From the NCBI GenBank assembly GCA_965603825.1, contig CBFDEM010000040.1, forward strand, positions 620,001-684,000: a stretch of 64,000 nt of DNA, written 5' to 3'. Below the pieces are notes generated by a model. The model saw only the letters and a program-made list of their open reading frames with translations, had not been told where the DNA came from and made no database searches. Shown here piece after piece: positions 1-15,200 of the stretch. Every line of letters begins with the position of its first letter. Position 1 is the stretch's first letter. The translations under genes and the position numbers were made by a program. Origin of the DNA: Blepharisma stoltei ATCC 30299. Its lineage: Eukaryota > Protista > Ciliophora.

Positions 1-584
1 CATTAAGCTGGTTGCCTTTTAAGAATAAAATTTTTAGGGTTTGGCGAATATCTCGAGGGTTGATTTGTTCGATACTGTTGTTTTCTAGATAAAGCTCATC
101 AATCTTATATAAAAATTACATCTGTTGCAGAAATGCCTTGGATTTGAGAAATCTGGTTCAAAGATAAGTTTACTAATTTAAGATTCCCTAAGGGTTGCAA
201 AGGCTTCATTGAAGTTATTTTATTTCCTTCAGCCTTTAAAACTTGGAGATTCTAAATGCAATTTACCTTATATCCAGAAATTCACTCAAGGGTTTCTATT
301 CGATTAAAGCTGATAACAAGCCTAACCAATGAAGGAATCACTAATCCATCCAAGCTTGAAATAAAATTGCAGGAAATATCAAGTTCTTTTAGATCTTTAA
401 GCTTATCAAAAGTTCCTCTTGGAATAACTTCTATCAAATTGCTTGAAAAAACAATACTCTTCACCTTTGAAAATTGATTGAGAGGACAGAGACTGCGAAT
501 ATTTGCTTTTATCATTTCGATCAGATAGATTTTGTCTGGCTTTTCTTGATTTTGCTGAATTATGAGGGCTGGAGTGAGTTCCAT
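1..584 (-). CDS. Leucine-rich repeat protein (3' end outside window); introns 252-266 (15 nt) and 104-119 (16 nt)
   Basis: LxxLxLxxN-type repeats (LKELDISCNFI, LVISFNRI, LKLVNLSLNQI, IDELYLENNSI). The frame continues through TGA 282-284 and is restored by removing GTAAATTGCATTTAG and GTAATTTTTATATAAG. Confidence 0.85.
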
Positions 585-648
585 TATAAATAAATGAAAA
601 ATGCGCTAAGAAGTAATGAATTATTTAATAGTAAAAGTGAAATTATAA

Positions 649-3600
649 TTATTCGAATAAATGAGGGTTATCAAGAGAGGTGTTAGCTTCAAAGCTGTGC
701 TCTGTTTCAGTTTGAGGAACTATTCTTTTCATTGAAGATTTTTTAATATTTAGCAATTTTTCGATTTTTGGCCTCAAAATTGTGTATAAAGTTCTAAAGA
801 AGATTATCAGACTTGCAATCAAATTAGATACCATAATGCTTCCTACCCAGAAATAGATTGATTGCTCAAGAGCAGTTTCCAAGCTGCTGCTTAAGTCAAA
901 TACAAAAAATGTTATATGAATGCATACAACTAACACTCCAATTTCTGAATAAATATTTGAAACCATAAGCACTGGATCTTCATGTGGACGATAAACAGCC
1001 ACGTACAAAGCAAATAACGCTGATATAGCAATAAGTATTCCCCCTTGCAAGCCTGGAAAATCTCTCAGCAAGATTAAAGTTAAAACATAAATAATCCTCC
1101 TTCAAATAAATAATAAATAATATTGACTGCTCATATGGCATTTTTCGATATCAAACTCATAAAACAGCGAGTCCCATGTTTTGAGAAATGCTTTACTCCT
1201 ATGAATTATTTTCTTTCGGTTTTTAATCATAAACAATAATAAGGCAAATGGTGTCATCACAATAAGAGTCTAAATTTTAATTACCTCCAAAATTAAGCAT
1301 ATGATTACATTGAACATCAAGAATCCATTACCTGTGGCAAACTACATGAAAAATACATCTAAAAGCCCTATTAGGGCTGTTGCTCCTATCTCAATATAAT
1401 TTTGTAGCCAAAATCTGACAAACACCGAGTATTTATAATCTTTCAAAGCATCCGTAAATCTTCTTCCTATTCATCTTTGTGAGCATTTTGACAGAAACGC
1501 AACAAGAGGAAAACACAAAATAATAGCCAGGAATGTTTCTATTATATTTCCAGAGTTCAAAAGCAACAGATTAGTTTCATAGCCATAATTATAAGCCTCC
1601 TTATAAGGCTTTATTCCTTCACTTTGGTCAATAAAGTCTGCAAAAAAATTAGGGACTATATTATAATTGTTCAAGCTCTTTAAAAACGCGTATAATGCTG
1701 GAGTAATTGATATAGAAGATAAGGTTATAAAAGACAATATTTCAATGGTGTTCATCATAGTCCACAAAGATGAAGGATTCATTGATACAAATGATGAAAC
1801 CATAACGGCTGAAACTGCTACTTGAGAACTCGTTTTGGCTTGCTGAGATATAGATTCTATATAAGGAGAGGTATAGTCATATTTGTATAAATAGCCTACC
1901 AAGCCATGTGTTGTGAGGACAGCATCATTTATTGAGAAAATCCCAGAACTGTTAGTGAAGTTTAAATATATAGGTGTATTGGCTATAATACTAAAATCAA
2001 TATTCATAGAAATAGAGTATTTATCAGCACCTTGAATTTCGAAAATTCACTTATAATTAGATTCTCCTTCAATAGTAATCAAAAAATCCCCATAATTTAA
2101 AGTGAATTTAAGCTCCTCACTGAAGGTGAGATATAAAGAATTGTCAATGTCTACTTCTAAATATGCCTCAAATGTCATTAAATTGCAATTATACGTCCCA
2201 TTATACCCAGTTATACAAGTACAATTATTATTGGCTAGTTTAGCATTATCAACACAAGTGATGCAAGAAGTCTTGGATTTGCAATATTTACATTTAATAG
2301 GACAAGAATAAGCTTCCCCATCATCTCCTCAAAACTGTCCTTCTGAAATAACTTGGCAATATTCATAATAAGGGTTTCACAAATATGGAGCATCACAGCT
2401 GCAAGAAGTTTCATTACTTGCATTTTGCTTACATTGAGTGCATGAATTTTTGATGTAATCTTGACATAACTCACATATATTATTATAGCACAAAGTACAA
2501 GAACTCCCAGAATCCTTGCAGCTATAGCTACAATCAGAGCTGCAGGAATCGCATTGAGAAAATGAAGGGCCTATCCAATATTCCAAAATTCTACAATTAG
2601 GGATGCAACTTTTTGCTAGCGGACAAGAGCTGCATGACTCAGTGCATTGAGAAGATTGTAATGATAAAGAGCTGATTGATTTTACAGAGTTATAAATCTG
2701 CATTCAATAAATAAAGCCTTTGAAAAAATTTGTATAATATCCAACAGATTGCTCATATGCACCGATTTTCACAGAAAGACTATTTGGGTCATCTATAAAA
2801 TAATCAGAAATGGTACCTGGACTACTGTCAGAAATAGTATTAACAAAGCACGTAATAATTGAATTTCCTGTAGAATCGAAATTTATAGTAAAAGATAAAT
2901 GGCTCCAGGAGTAATGGTTTACCACATTCTCACATTTGTGGGAAATAGTCGTTCCTTGGATGCGGAGCAAAATAGAAGGATAATAATTTGAAAGGGTTAT
3001 TGATACCAGCTGAGTAATGATGCTGAGACTGTTAGACTTATAGAATATAGTCCCAAATGAAATTTCAGGATTAATTCATACTGAAATCGTAAACCAAGGA
3101 GACAGTGATAGCTTTGGAGATTTATAACTTAAAAAAGGTGGCAATTGCAAAACGCTACTAATTCCATTGAAGTAAACTCCTCTTAGGTATGCTGCAATAG
3201 GGTCATATGAGTCATAGTTGGGATAGAAATCTTCAGAATTTCCTGTTAGGACTGGAATAAAGCTTTTTGAGTCATAAATTATGCCTGATAAAGTTTCAAA
3301 CTTTAAATCAAATATATAATCACTGTTCAAAGTGCATATATCAGATATAGCAGTGTAGCCAAGAGGACAAAATGTCATGCATATCCCATTGAGCAAAACA
3401 TAGCCTGCTTTGCATCCATTACAGCCATATTCTTCACTAGACGTACAAGATGAGCATTTAGAATCACAGATTTCGCATGCACCACTATTTACATTTCAGT
3501 AGTAATTTTCATCACAGACGCATGAGCCAAACTCTAGATTAGCTCCAATAAAGCATTGTGTACATGAGCCCAGCTCAAAATCAGAACAAATTTCACACCG

Positions 3601-6600
3601 AGGATCATAGCAGATATTACAGCTATCTGAATTTCGGCAGCCATTTGTGCAAGAACTGCAAGAAGAACATCCAGATATATAATAATATTGGTTTATATTA
3701 CAAGTTCACAAGCAGGCTGAGCCTTGGCTAGTTCCACACAGATCATTGACTTTTCCAGAAAAATCAGTAACTGCAGAGTTCCAAAGAGTAAATTCATAAA
3801 CAAAGCCTTTAAACAGCGTTGTAGTGCTTTTTCCAATAATGATTGTTTTAGAAACCACATCTCTGAATAAAAGTGTTGGATAATTTGCAGTATTTTTTAA
3901 TATATTATTAAGATATACACTAACAGTACTTGATATACTTGAATAACTAATGGTAAATGATAAATAATTCCATCCAGTCATTGTTAGGGCTGATGTTGTA
4001 TAGGCAGTTGTAACTTCGGTTGGGTCTTCAAGAGTTACTATTAAGGATCCATTTGATTTTAATGTCAATCTATTTTGCTTATATATAAGGTCACCTGATA
4101 TAATTGTATATACCCAGATACCCATTGAAGCACTGTTAAAAAGATAAATATCAGTGTTTGTTTCTAGATAACTACCACTGGAAAAATATAAGCCTCTATT
4201 TAGTGCAGGAATTGGGTCATCAGCTTCTGGGCTGTTCCAAAATTGGTATGTTGATGAGTGTGCTCCAGTGTTAAAGATGCCATAAGAGCCTTGAAAGGTC
4301 CCATAAAAAATTGTATCAATCACTGCATCTGTAACAGGATCACAATTAGGTAGAGTAAACTTATAAGGACAGTCACGTAAACAAATATGATTAATAATAG
4401 TAGAGCTACTATCACAGGTGCTGCATTCAAAATAATTAGTGCTTAAACAGTCATCACACAAATTATCACAAATAATGCAGGTTTGGGTTGGGGTATCAAA
4501 AAAGGCGTTTAAATTGCAGGAGCAAGATCCAGAGTTTAATGAAGCATTTGTAATACAGCTTGTACAGTCTCCGCTAAAGGATTCGCATGCTAAACATTCG
4601 CTTTGCTTGCATAGTCTGCATGTTAAATCTCTTACACAGCCCTTGGTACATGTATTTAGACAATTAGTGCATGCATCTGGGTATTTATTTATACCGCAGT
4701 CGCTTAAACAATTCTTCGCACTTGAACAGACTGTGCAACCTGTATTGCATCCAGCCGTTAAATAATCAGAATTTGCATATATATCATCAATATAAATATT
4801 AATCCTCGTTATAAATCCAGTAAATCCATTGCTATAAGTAGGGTCAGCACCTATAAAAAAGCTTCCTGTCGGCAAATCATTAAGCCAATCTGATCCTGAT
4901 TTTTTTGTCTGCTTTAACACCCCATTAATATTTAGCTTCAGTGTATTTGAGCCATCTTTATTAAAAGTGTTAGTAACAGACAGATAGCATCAATTATTCA
5001 AAATACTTGTGACTGATCCTGCTGAGATGCTTGATTTTTTCAATGTTAACGTTAAAGTTGCAATCCCATCGGTATCAATTCCAAGCAGAACTTTGGCTGC
5101 AGTTGTATATTTTTCTAATACTACGCCTGCTTGAAGTGCCTTGATTCAGATTGTTATAGTAAAAATTGGGCCAAACATGAATGTAGTTGATACAGCAGTT
5201 GTGCCTGAAAAATAGTAGCCTCGATTTTTGGCTGGCCAGGGGTCATTTGCATCGTAGTTTGGATATTTATTCGTTGATGAGCTGCCAATGTTCAATGAAT
5301 CTATAGTATTCAAAACAATTAAGTCTTGGAAATCGACTGAAAATGGTAAAATATTAGCAATATCGCATGCATTTGTAACGCTGTTTTTGGAATATCCTGA
5401 TGGGCAATTATCTTTATTGCATACACCTTCAATCAAATAATAGGTAGGAAAGCAAGCAGTGCAGTTATTGAAAGCTTGGCTATTGCAATAGGTGCACCCA
5501 GTAGAGCAGCCTTTGCATTGGTATAAGTTATCAATTAAATATCCTTGATCACAAGTGCAATTTCCTGGTCATCCTGAGGCATTCTCAACACAAGCTGTAC
5601 AATAATTTGCCCCATATCCAGTACAATCAGCACAAAGAGTACTGTAGCATTGATTACATTGAACACTTCGAGCGCATCCTGAGGTGACGTCGGTGCTGCA
5701 TGAGCCACCACAACTCGTTATATCATTATATGTTGACTTAGTATACGCATGGAGACATGTGATTCCTAGGCCAGTTCCACAAGAGTTATCATTTAAATAG
5801 TATGAAAAATCATTTATTGCTACATTTCACATCTGAAAACTGTATAAGAATCCAGTCATTCAGGTTCATGAGTATCCCAACTGTAGAGCTGCTGATTTCG
5901 CAGGGCGAAATATGCTTTCTGGGCAATATTGATCGGCTTTCACAGTACCTCCAAGAAACAGCTGGACTCTGGTTCCTCCATTTAAATATTGCATAGTTCA
6001 AGAAACATAGTTCCAACCATCTGCTATTGTCATATAGGCTGCATATTTATAAGCGGTTGTATTTGTATCCATAAGAACATATTGAAAATTTCCATTAGAG
6101 TTAAATATAAAATAAGAATTTGAAGCCATATAGCGGATGGTGTCTCCATCTACCATTGGATTCATCCAGCACCCGATTGAATAGCTGTGGGATATATAAA
6201 TGCCAGCCCCTGTTGTCAAATACATCAACTGAGATAGAAATATCCCTCTTTGGGACACAGGAACAGAATCAGATGCATCAAGTAATATAAAAAATGCTAA
6301 TCGGGAAGCATCTAAATTAACTGAGAAAAGCCCATAGTTATTCCCAGTTAGGTCTGCATTGAATTTTTGAGCAATAACAGGTGTAGCCACTTTAGTGCAA
6401 GGAGAGCCAAAACCATATGGGCATTCTCTTAAACATATATTATCTACAAGAAATTCATTTGAATAGCATATAGAGCACTCAAAAAAAGTTGTGTCTAAGC
6501 AGGTATAGCATTCAATGTCACATAAGATGCAATCTTGCATTGTAATATTCCAATATAAATTATGGTCGCATCTACAACCACCAGAACCATCAGGTATGGC

Positions 6601-8562
6601 CCCTGTGATACAAGATAAACAGTTCCCAGAAAATGATGTACAGTCAAAGCATGTGCTTGTTTTACATAGATTGCAAGATCTATTATCTCTGCATCCTTTA
6701 TTACAGAAACTTAGACAAGTTGTACATGAAGAAGACCCTGGGTATTCCAAATTTTGGCATGTCGGGCAGGAAGTACTTGGGGAAAGACCAGATCCACATC
6801 CTACATTGAGATTTCAACTAGCAGATGATTGAGTCTCATCATTATATAGGTCAAAGCTTCACAAGTAGCCTTGAAACCCTCCAGAATTTCCCCCTATTTG
6901 TGTATGGCCATTTTCATATAAATACGCAAAAGTAGTAGAGCTTTTTGAAGTGTCAAGAGAATTGTCAACATAAAGAGATAAAACTGTTTTACCTGCAACA
7001 ACACTGCCTGTTACAGATAAATAGTGCCAAGAATTCATAAGAGGAGTTGATCCTGTAAATAAGACTGTAGAGGAATCAGATAAAGTAAGCTTAACATATG
7101 CAAAGCCTGAGGAAAAATTTATAGATACTAACTTTACAGAAGGACTTGTTAAGAATTTGGTAAAAAAGTAGCCATCGCCCATTGGATAGACCCAAAAATT
7201 CATAGAAAATCATGGCGCGATGTTATTTGTTGATGAAAACATAGAAGAAGTGCCTGTAAAATAATATCCTCTTGAATATGCAGGTATAGGATCATTGCTA
7301 TCAAAAATTGGGTAGTCATTTGCACCATTACTGCCTATAAGAAAGGCTGCCCCAGAAATTCAGTCCAAAATAATTTTGTCATTTAAAGACAAAGATACGA
7401 CTAAATTTGAGATAGCAATGCATTTGTTCTGAGTAGAATCTTGAGTATATTTTGCTGGGCATGACGGCACACATATACCTCTTAATAGATATGATCCAGA
7501 ACTGCAAGACGAGCATGAATAATAGCCTAACCCTGAGCAAGTAGAACAAGAGCTGTCACAGCAATTTGGCGCTACCCCATTACCCACACAACTTGTGCAC
7601 ATTGAGCTACCATATCCAGTGCATGCAGAGCAGTCATCACTAGCACAATAAGAGCAATCAGTTCCACGAACACACCAAGGCCATGACGACGCACAGCCTA
7701 AACAAGTTTGACATGATGATCCATCCCAATAATAATTATTTACACAATTTGGAAAAGACCCAGAAATTGATGTCGTCGTCACAATGTCACTCCAAGCTTC
7801 AATGAAAGCCAAAAAGCCTTGAAAAGAGCTTGCAAAGCCGCTATTTCCAATAAATCATTTATAAGGATTCGCACTTGGATAATTTGCTTCAAAACCAATT
7901 ATTGAGTTCGCATTACTTGATCCATCAATAATAATACTAAGATTTATAGTTGTATAATCAGATTGCTGAATTTGAAAGCTTACTGCTTGCCATTGAAATA
8001 ATAGTCCAGATGCTTGATAATTTTGAGGAGAAAGGCTGCTATAAGCTTGATTTTTAAAATTTGATGTTATTTGATAGCCTGCTGATAATGTTTCACATCT
8101 TATATATTCAGTTCCTCCACTTGATACACTCAAAATGGTCCCTGGAGAAATAGGACGAATTCATATGTTGAGCGTAAATAAGTAGGATGGGATATAGCTA
8201 TTATTATCGATCAAGCTTGATGACCCTTCAAAATAAAAACCTCTATCTAATGTTGGTAAAGGAGTAATTTTACTTGGAGATATAAAAGCTGTTGAAGATT
8301 GCGTTGAGAATTCGCCAATAGAGCTTGCTGTTAGGCTCTGTTGAGTCGTGAAATCAACTGAAAAAAGAAGTCCTGAAGGAGCTGAGCATGCACTTCCTGA
8401 TAGAGTAGAAGTTGATGGGCATCCATCAACGCACAATAAATTTCCTATTAAAATGCCACTGCTACATGAAGCGCATGGATTTGTGCATGGATTGCATCCA
8501 TTGCAGCATTGAGAGATTGCAAAGCTGATTATCATAGAAAGGAAAGCAAGCTTTGTTTTCAT
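649..8562 (-). CDS. Giant (~2,627 aa) cell-surface protein: signal peptide, alternating furin-like Cys-rich repeats and LamG/ConA-like modules, C-terminal multi-TM region; introns 1342-1356 and 1270-1284
   Basis: Twelve ORF-track fragments share one frame and, where checked, end at TGA. N-terminus MKTKLAFLSMIISFAISQCC. Recurrent CxxC..C clusters and a P(I/W/L/V)PxxxRG(Y/F/I/L/V)(Y/F)(F/L)-type motif about six times. Hydrophobic helices at the C-terminus. Two 15-nt GT-AG introns remove in-frame TAGs. Not every gap was checked codon by codon. Confidence 0.85.
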
Positions 8563-9297
8563 TGAATTAATAAGTATTAATGTCAACAATTTTAAGAAAA
8601 ATCAACTCTTTTAAAATAATGATGATGAGGTTGAGAAATTAGAGAAAACTCAAAATTACCAGGAAAATGGCAAATAAGATTTATAAAAACGGATTAATAT
8701 GATAATCTAAAGGCTACCTTTTTCTTTATATCAAGGCAATTTTAAACAGCAAATGTCATATGCAGAATTCAACAAATTTTTTTGTAAAAATTTAATCACT
8801 TTTTAAAAAATAATTTTTATTCCAAAATTTTATTTACTTTTTTATTGCCTTCTCACAAAAGTCAATTGGCTTTAACTAACTAATTTTATTTTTTATTATT
8901 TATTAAAAATGCAATTTTATATTAAAATATTATTGCCGAAAAAAGCAAATTCAATCCTACTCAAGATTCTTTAGTTCTAATATACTAAAGTATTAAAATG
9001 TTGATAAGGAGTATATGATCAGTATATTTAGCATATAATAATAATAATAAAATGTCGATATGTCAGGATATTTATAAATATTCGAGATACCTAATCGCAT
9101 GAATGATAATAACTCAGAGTTTAGATTAGTATATTTATGTTTTTGTGATTTGAAAGCCAAAAGATATTCATGATGAATCGATCAAAAATTTCGTTTATAT
9201 GTAATACAAAAACATTATTGAGATTATTATGAAATATAATTTGAGTTCAATCATTTCTTAATGATTTTCTAGGTTTTATATTTTTAAGTTATGATAA

Positions 9298-12200
9298 TTA
9301 ATTTATATCTTCAACATCCAGACTATTCTCTGTGTCGTTTTTAGGAACAATTCTTTTTTTGGATAGAGACCTTTTCTTTAGTAAATCATCAATTTTAGGT
9401 TTTAATACTGTATATATAGTTCTGGAAAATATTACGATAGAAGTAATCATCTGCGAAATTACAATGCTTCCAACACATATTATGATAGATTCATCAAGAA
9501 AGCTTTGCAAGCCACTACTTAGGTCAAATACAAAAAGAGAAATTTGAATGACCACAAGCAAAACAGTGGCTTCTGAATAAATATTAGAAATTCTAAGCAC
9601 TGAATCTTTATGTGGTTTATAAATTACAATATACAAAGTAAATATCGCAGATAAAGCAACAATTATGACTGCTTGAGCGCCTGGGTAATTTCTAAGCAAA
9701 ATTAGCGACATTATATATATCAGCCTTCTTCATATAAAAAGCAAATAATACTGGCTGCTCATAACATTTTTATCGATATTAAACTCATAGAATAGCGAAT
9801 CCCACTTTTTCAATAATTTTTTGTTTTTGCTCATGATTTTTTTCCGATTTTTTAATAGAAAATAGTGCATGGCAATTGGAGTTATTGCAATAAGAATCTA
9901 AGTAAGAGTTACTTCAAAGAGCAAGCAAATAATAATATTAAATATTTCTGTACCATTATTTACAGGGAACTATATGATAATTACATTTAAAAGTCCAATC
10001 AAAGCTGCAGCTCCAATCTCTATATAACTTTCTAGCCAAAATCTAATAAAAACAGAGAATTTATATTCCCGCAATTGTTCAGTGAACTTTTTCCCTATCC
10101 ACCTATACGTACACTTAGATAAAAATGCGACTATCGGAAAGCATATAACAATTATGCACAAGCTTGTTAGTATACTGCCACAGTTTAAAAGAAACAAGTT
10201 TGTTTCATAGCCATAATCATAAGCCTGCTTGTATGGTTTTTCTCCATTACTTGAATCCACATATTTTTCAAAAATATTTGGCATTATATTAAAGCTATTC
10301 AAATTATTCAAAAAAGTATAAACTGACGCTGATAACGGAATGCCAGATAAGGTAATGAAAGATAAAACTTCTATAACATTGGTCATACTTCACAGAGATG
10401 AAGGATTTGGAGTTACAAAAGAAGAAATTAAAGACGTGGCTACTGCAATTTGAGACCCTGCAGTGGCTTGCTGTGCAATAGTTTCTATATAAGGAGAAGT
10501 GTATTCGTATTTATAAAGCGAGCCTTCTAAAGAGATATTTTCAAGGACAGCATCATATATTGAAAAAATATTTGAGCTATTTGTAAATGTTAATATAACT
10601 TTAGTTCCAGCAGAAACACTAGAACTGAAATCTATTGAAATAAAATATTTACTAGGCCCTTGAATCTCAAAATATCATTTGCAATTTGTTTTTCCTTCTA
10701 CATTAATTATGAAATCCCCATAGCTTAATTGAAATTTTAGCTCTTCAGTAAAAGTTAGATATAAAGAATTATCCACATCCACTTTCAGTGAAGCTTGAAA
10801 CGTAAGTAGTTCACAAGTATTTGTTCCATTATATCCGTGCAGGCAAACACACTCGCCATTTATAATTTCAGTATTATTTAAGCATTTGACACAAGCAGTT
10901 TCATTTGTGCATTTTTGGCATTTTTGAGTACAAGAATGGGCCAATCCGTCATCTCCTCAGTATTGGCCATCTGAAATTACTTCACAGCTGTCATAATATG
11001 GGTTTCATGAATAAGGAGAGTCACAGTCACAAGAAGTTTCATTACTGGCATTTGGCTTGCATTTGCTGCACCCATTTTCTGTATAATCCAAGCATAGTTG
11101 ACATATTTTATTATAGCACAGAGAGCAAGATTGGCTAGAATCTTTGCAGCCAAAAGTACAGTTTGAGCTACAGTTGGAGCAATTAGAATAAGAAGGGCCT
11201 ATTCAGTATTCTGAAATTTTACAATTTGGGATACAGGTCTTTGTGACAGGACAAGAATTGCAATTTTCATTGCATAATGCAGAATCCAGGGCTAATCTTG
11301 ATATTGGTTTAACTGAGTTATATATTGATAGCTTAAACAAAAAGCCTTTAAAATAATTTATATAAGTATCTGCGGCCTGCTGAAAAGCTCCAATTTTGAC
11401 AGAAACGCTATTTATATCATCCAGATAATAATTAGAAGTAGAAATAGCTGGATTTGTAGAAGAAATTGTATTAATAAAGCATGTAATTACTGTACTTCTT
11501 GATGAATCAAAATCTATTGTAAAAGATATATGATTCCACTCAGAAGCTGATATAATGTTCTCACACTTATGAGAAATAAGACTTCCTTTGAGATTCAGCA
11601 AAAGAGATGGGTAATAATTTACAAGGCTTACATAGACCATTTGAGAATTGACGATGGTGCTTCGAGATTTATAAAATAAGCAACTGTTTGAGTTTTCAGG
11701 ATTTACCCACAGAGAAATAGTAAATGATGGAGATAAAGTAAGCTTTGGAGAGCTGTAATTCTTATGTATAGGAAGATGCATAACACTGCTTACTCCATTA
11801 AAATAGAATCCTCTTAAATAGGCTGCTATAGGGTCATCTATATCATAATTAGGATAAAAATCTGATGAGTTGCCAGTCATCACTGGAATATAGCTTTGTG
11901 CGTCATGAATAATCCCTGAGAGGGTATTAAAATTCAAATTAAATATAAAATCATTATATAAAGTACAGATACCTGCACTATTAGCATAGCCAAGCGGACA
12001 AAAAGTTGTGCAAACTCCTTCAAGTAATACGTAGCCTGTTTTGCATGAAGTGCAGTCGTATTCTTTATTAGATGTGCAAGATGAGCATTTATAATAACAA
12101 ATAGAGCACGTTTGGTCAATTGTGTCTCAGTAGCAGCTTGGGTCACAAAAGCATCCACCTGATATAAGATTGGAATTGGAGATGCATTTAACACATGAGC

Positions 12201-15200
12201 CTTCGTTAAAATCAGAACAAATTTCGCATAAAGAGTCGTAGCATACGTTGCAATTTTCAGAATTCCTGCAACCTTCTGTACAAGAATTGCATGAATTGCA
12301 GCCTGATAAAGAATCGTGATATTGATTAAAATTACAGCTTCAGAGACAAGATGAGCCTTTATTTATTCCACATAAATTATTGGTTTTTGCTGAAAAGTCT
12401 GCAACTGCATAATTTCACAGTGTAAATTCATAGATAAACCCTGAAAATAATAGGGAAGTGCTTTTTCCAATAATCATTGTATGATATACTGCATCTCTGA
12501 ATAAATAAGCTGTGTATATGATTGATGATTTTACTATATTATTAAGGTAGACTGTAACAGAGGTGGAAGAGCTTGTGTAGTTAATTGAGATTGATAAATA
12601 ATTCCAGCCACTCATTGAAAGAGCTGAGGTTGTCATAGTATTTGCTGTTTGAGAAGGATCCTCTAGTACTATCTGCAATTGCCCATTAGATTTCAAAACA
12701 AGCCTGTCTTGCTTATACAGAACATCCCCATAAGTTACACTATATATCCAGATTCCTAATGAAAAACTATGAAAAAGATAAATACTAGTATTCGTCTCTA
12801 AATACATACCATTTGTAAAATAAAGACCTCTATTAACTGCAGGAATTGGGTCAACAGATTCTGAATTATTTCAAAAATAATATTTTAAAGGGTCTATACC
12901 TGTAGTCAAAATTCCATAGCTTCCTTGGAATGTTCCATAAAAAAGCTCATCAATTATTATATTATTAGTAGGGATGCATCCAGGGAGCTCAAATCCGTAA
13001 GGACAGTCATGCAAACACGTATTATTTATCTGGGTTGTACCTGCCGTGCAGCTACTGCATTCAAAAAAAGCATCAGTTAAGCAGATATCACACAAATAAT
13101 CACAAATAAGGCATTTTTGGCTTAGCGAATCATAAAAAGCATTTTGATCACAAAAACATGATCCTGAGTCTAAAGAAGCATTAGGAATGCAGCTTGTGCA
13201 GTTCCCAGAAAACGATTCACATTCTAAACACTCTCGCTGTTTGCATAGTCTGCATGTCAAGTCTCTTACACATCCTTTATTGCATGATCCTGCACAAGAT
13301 CCGCACGTGTCAGGGTATTTATTTAAAGCACAGTCACTAAAACAATTCAATGATACTGGGCATGCTGCACAAGTTCCATTACAAGCTGTCACAAAATCAG
13401 AGTCTGAATGTGCATCATCATTATAAATATTGACTCTTGTTAAAAACCCAACAAAGCCATTACTTTTGGTATAATCAGCTCCTATATACAGAAATCCTGA
13501 AGGTAAATCTCCAATTCAGTTTGCTCCTGAAGATTTTGTTTGTTTTAGTAGACCATTTAGGTATATATTTAAATCTGTTGTAGCATCAGTACTATTAAAA
13601 AAACTTGTAGCAGAGAAATAGCACCAATTGTTAAAGAGGCTTGAAACTGATGACGCTGAAAGAGAGCCGCTGCCAAATGTGATAGTTAATGTGGCAGCGC
13701 CGCCTGAGTCAATATAAACTAGCACTTTAGATGATGAAGTCCATTTCTGCAAAACCACCCCAGTCTGCAGAGGCTTAATTCACATTGTTATAGTAAAAGT
13801 TGGTCCAAACATAAAACTTGTATATGCAACGCTTGAGCCTAAAAAATAATAGCCTCTATTATCTGCTGGTCATGGATCATTGGCATCATAATTTGGGTAT
13901 TTATTGGTTGGATCATTCCCAATATTCAATGAACCAATTGTATCCAAAAGAATAAAGTCTTGAAAATCAATAGAGAAGGCTAAAATTGAGCTAATGTCAC
14001 ATGTATTGTTAACGGTATTTATAATGTATCCGGTTGGGCAGTTTGCGTTGCAAACTCCAAATAGTAAATAAAAATTAGGAAAACATTCTGAGCAGCTGCT
14101 AAACAGATCGCTACCACATACAGTGCATCCTGTTGGGCATAATTTACATTCATATACATGAATGGGTCTATATCCATCATCACAAAAGCAGTCTCCTGGA
14201 AACCCTGAAGCATGTGCACAGCAGGCAGTACACAAGTTAGGTCCATATCCTGTGCATGATGCACAAAGATTGCTATAGCACTGATTGCATTTAATTCCTC
14301 TTGAGCATCCCAAATTTACATCATTTGTGCATAAGCCACAGTTAGTTGTATCATTATAAAATACTTTATCATATGGGTAAAGACAGTTAACTCCATTTCC
14401 AGTACCACAAGAATCATCATTTATATAATGAGAAAAATCAAATATTGCAACATTTCATATCTGAATACTGTAAAAATATCCAACCATTCATATTGAGCTA
14501 TATCCTAGCTGCATTTTTGCAGATGATCTTGGACGAAAGATCCGATCAGATGTATATTGGGCTCCCATCGCATTTCCATTAAGAAAAATAGTAACTTGAG
14601 TCCCTGAATTAAGATATTGAAATGTAAAGGAAATATAATTTCAGCCTGAATTAACAGTTGTTGATACCTGATATTCACCGTTAGATATATTTCTATCAAC
14701 AAGATAATATTGCAAAGAATAGCTTGGAGGACTACTTTGAGTGACTGTAAATGCAGATTCAGCGCCAGCATAGTGTATTAAATCTCCATCAACCATTATA
14801 TTAGTCCAAAATCCCATAGAACAGCTATGTGATAAATATAGATTTGAAGACTCCAAATACATCAGTTCGGATAAAAACACCCCTCTCTGAGACGGAGGCA
14901 CAGGATCAGAGGGATCCAAAGCATCAAAAAAAGCAAGCCTATTTGCATCTAAATTTACTGTGAAAATTCCATAGCTGCTATTAAAACTAATGTCAAATTT
15001 TTGATCTACAACAGGAGTTGTTACCTGATTACAATTAGAATCAAAGCCATATGGGCATTCATTTATACACACCAGATCAATGCGAAACTTTCCTGAGCGG
15101 CATATAGAGCACTCAAATAGTCCCGTTTCTAGACAAGTTTTGCATTTCATATCACATAAAAAGCAGTCTGAAATTGAAGATTTTCAATAAAAACTTCAAT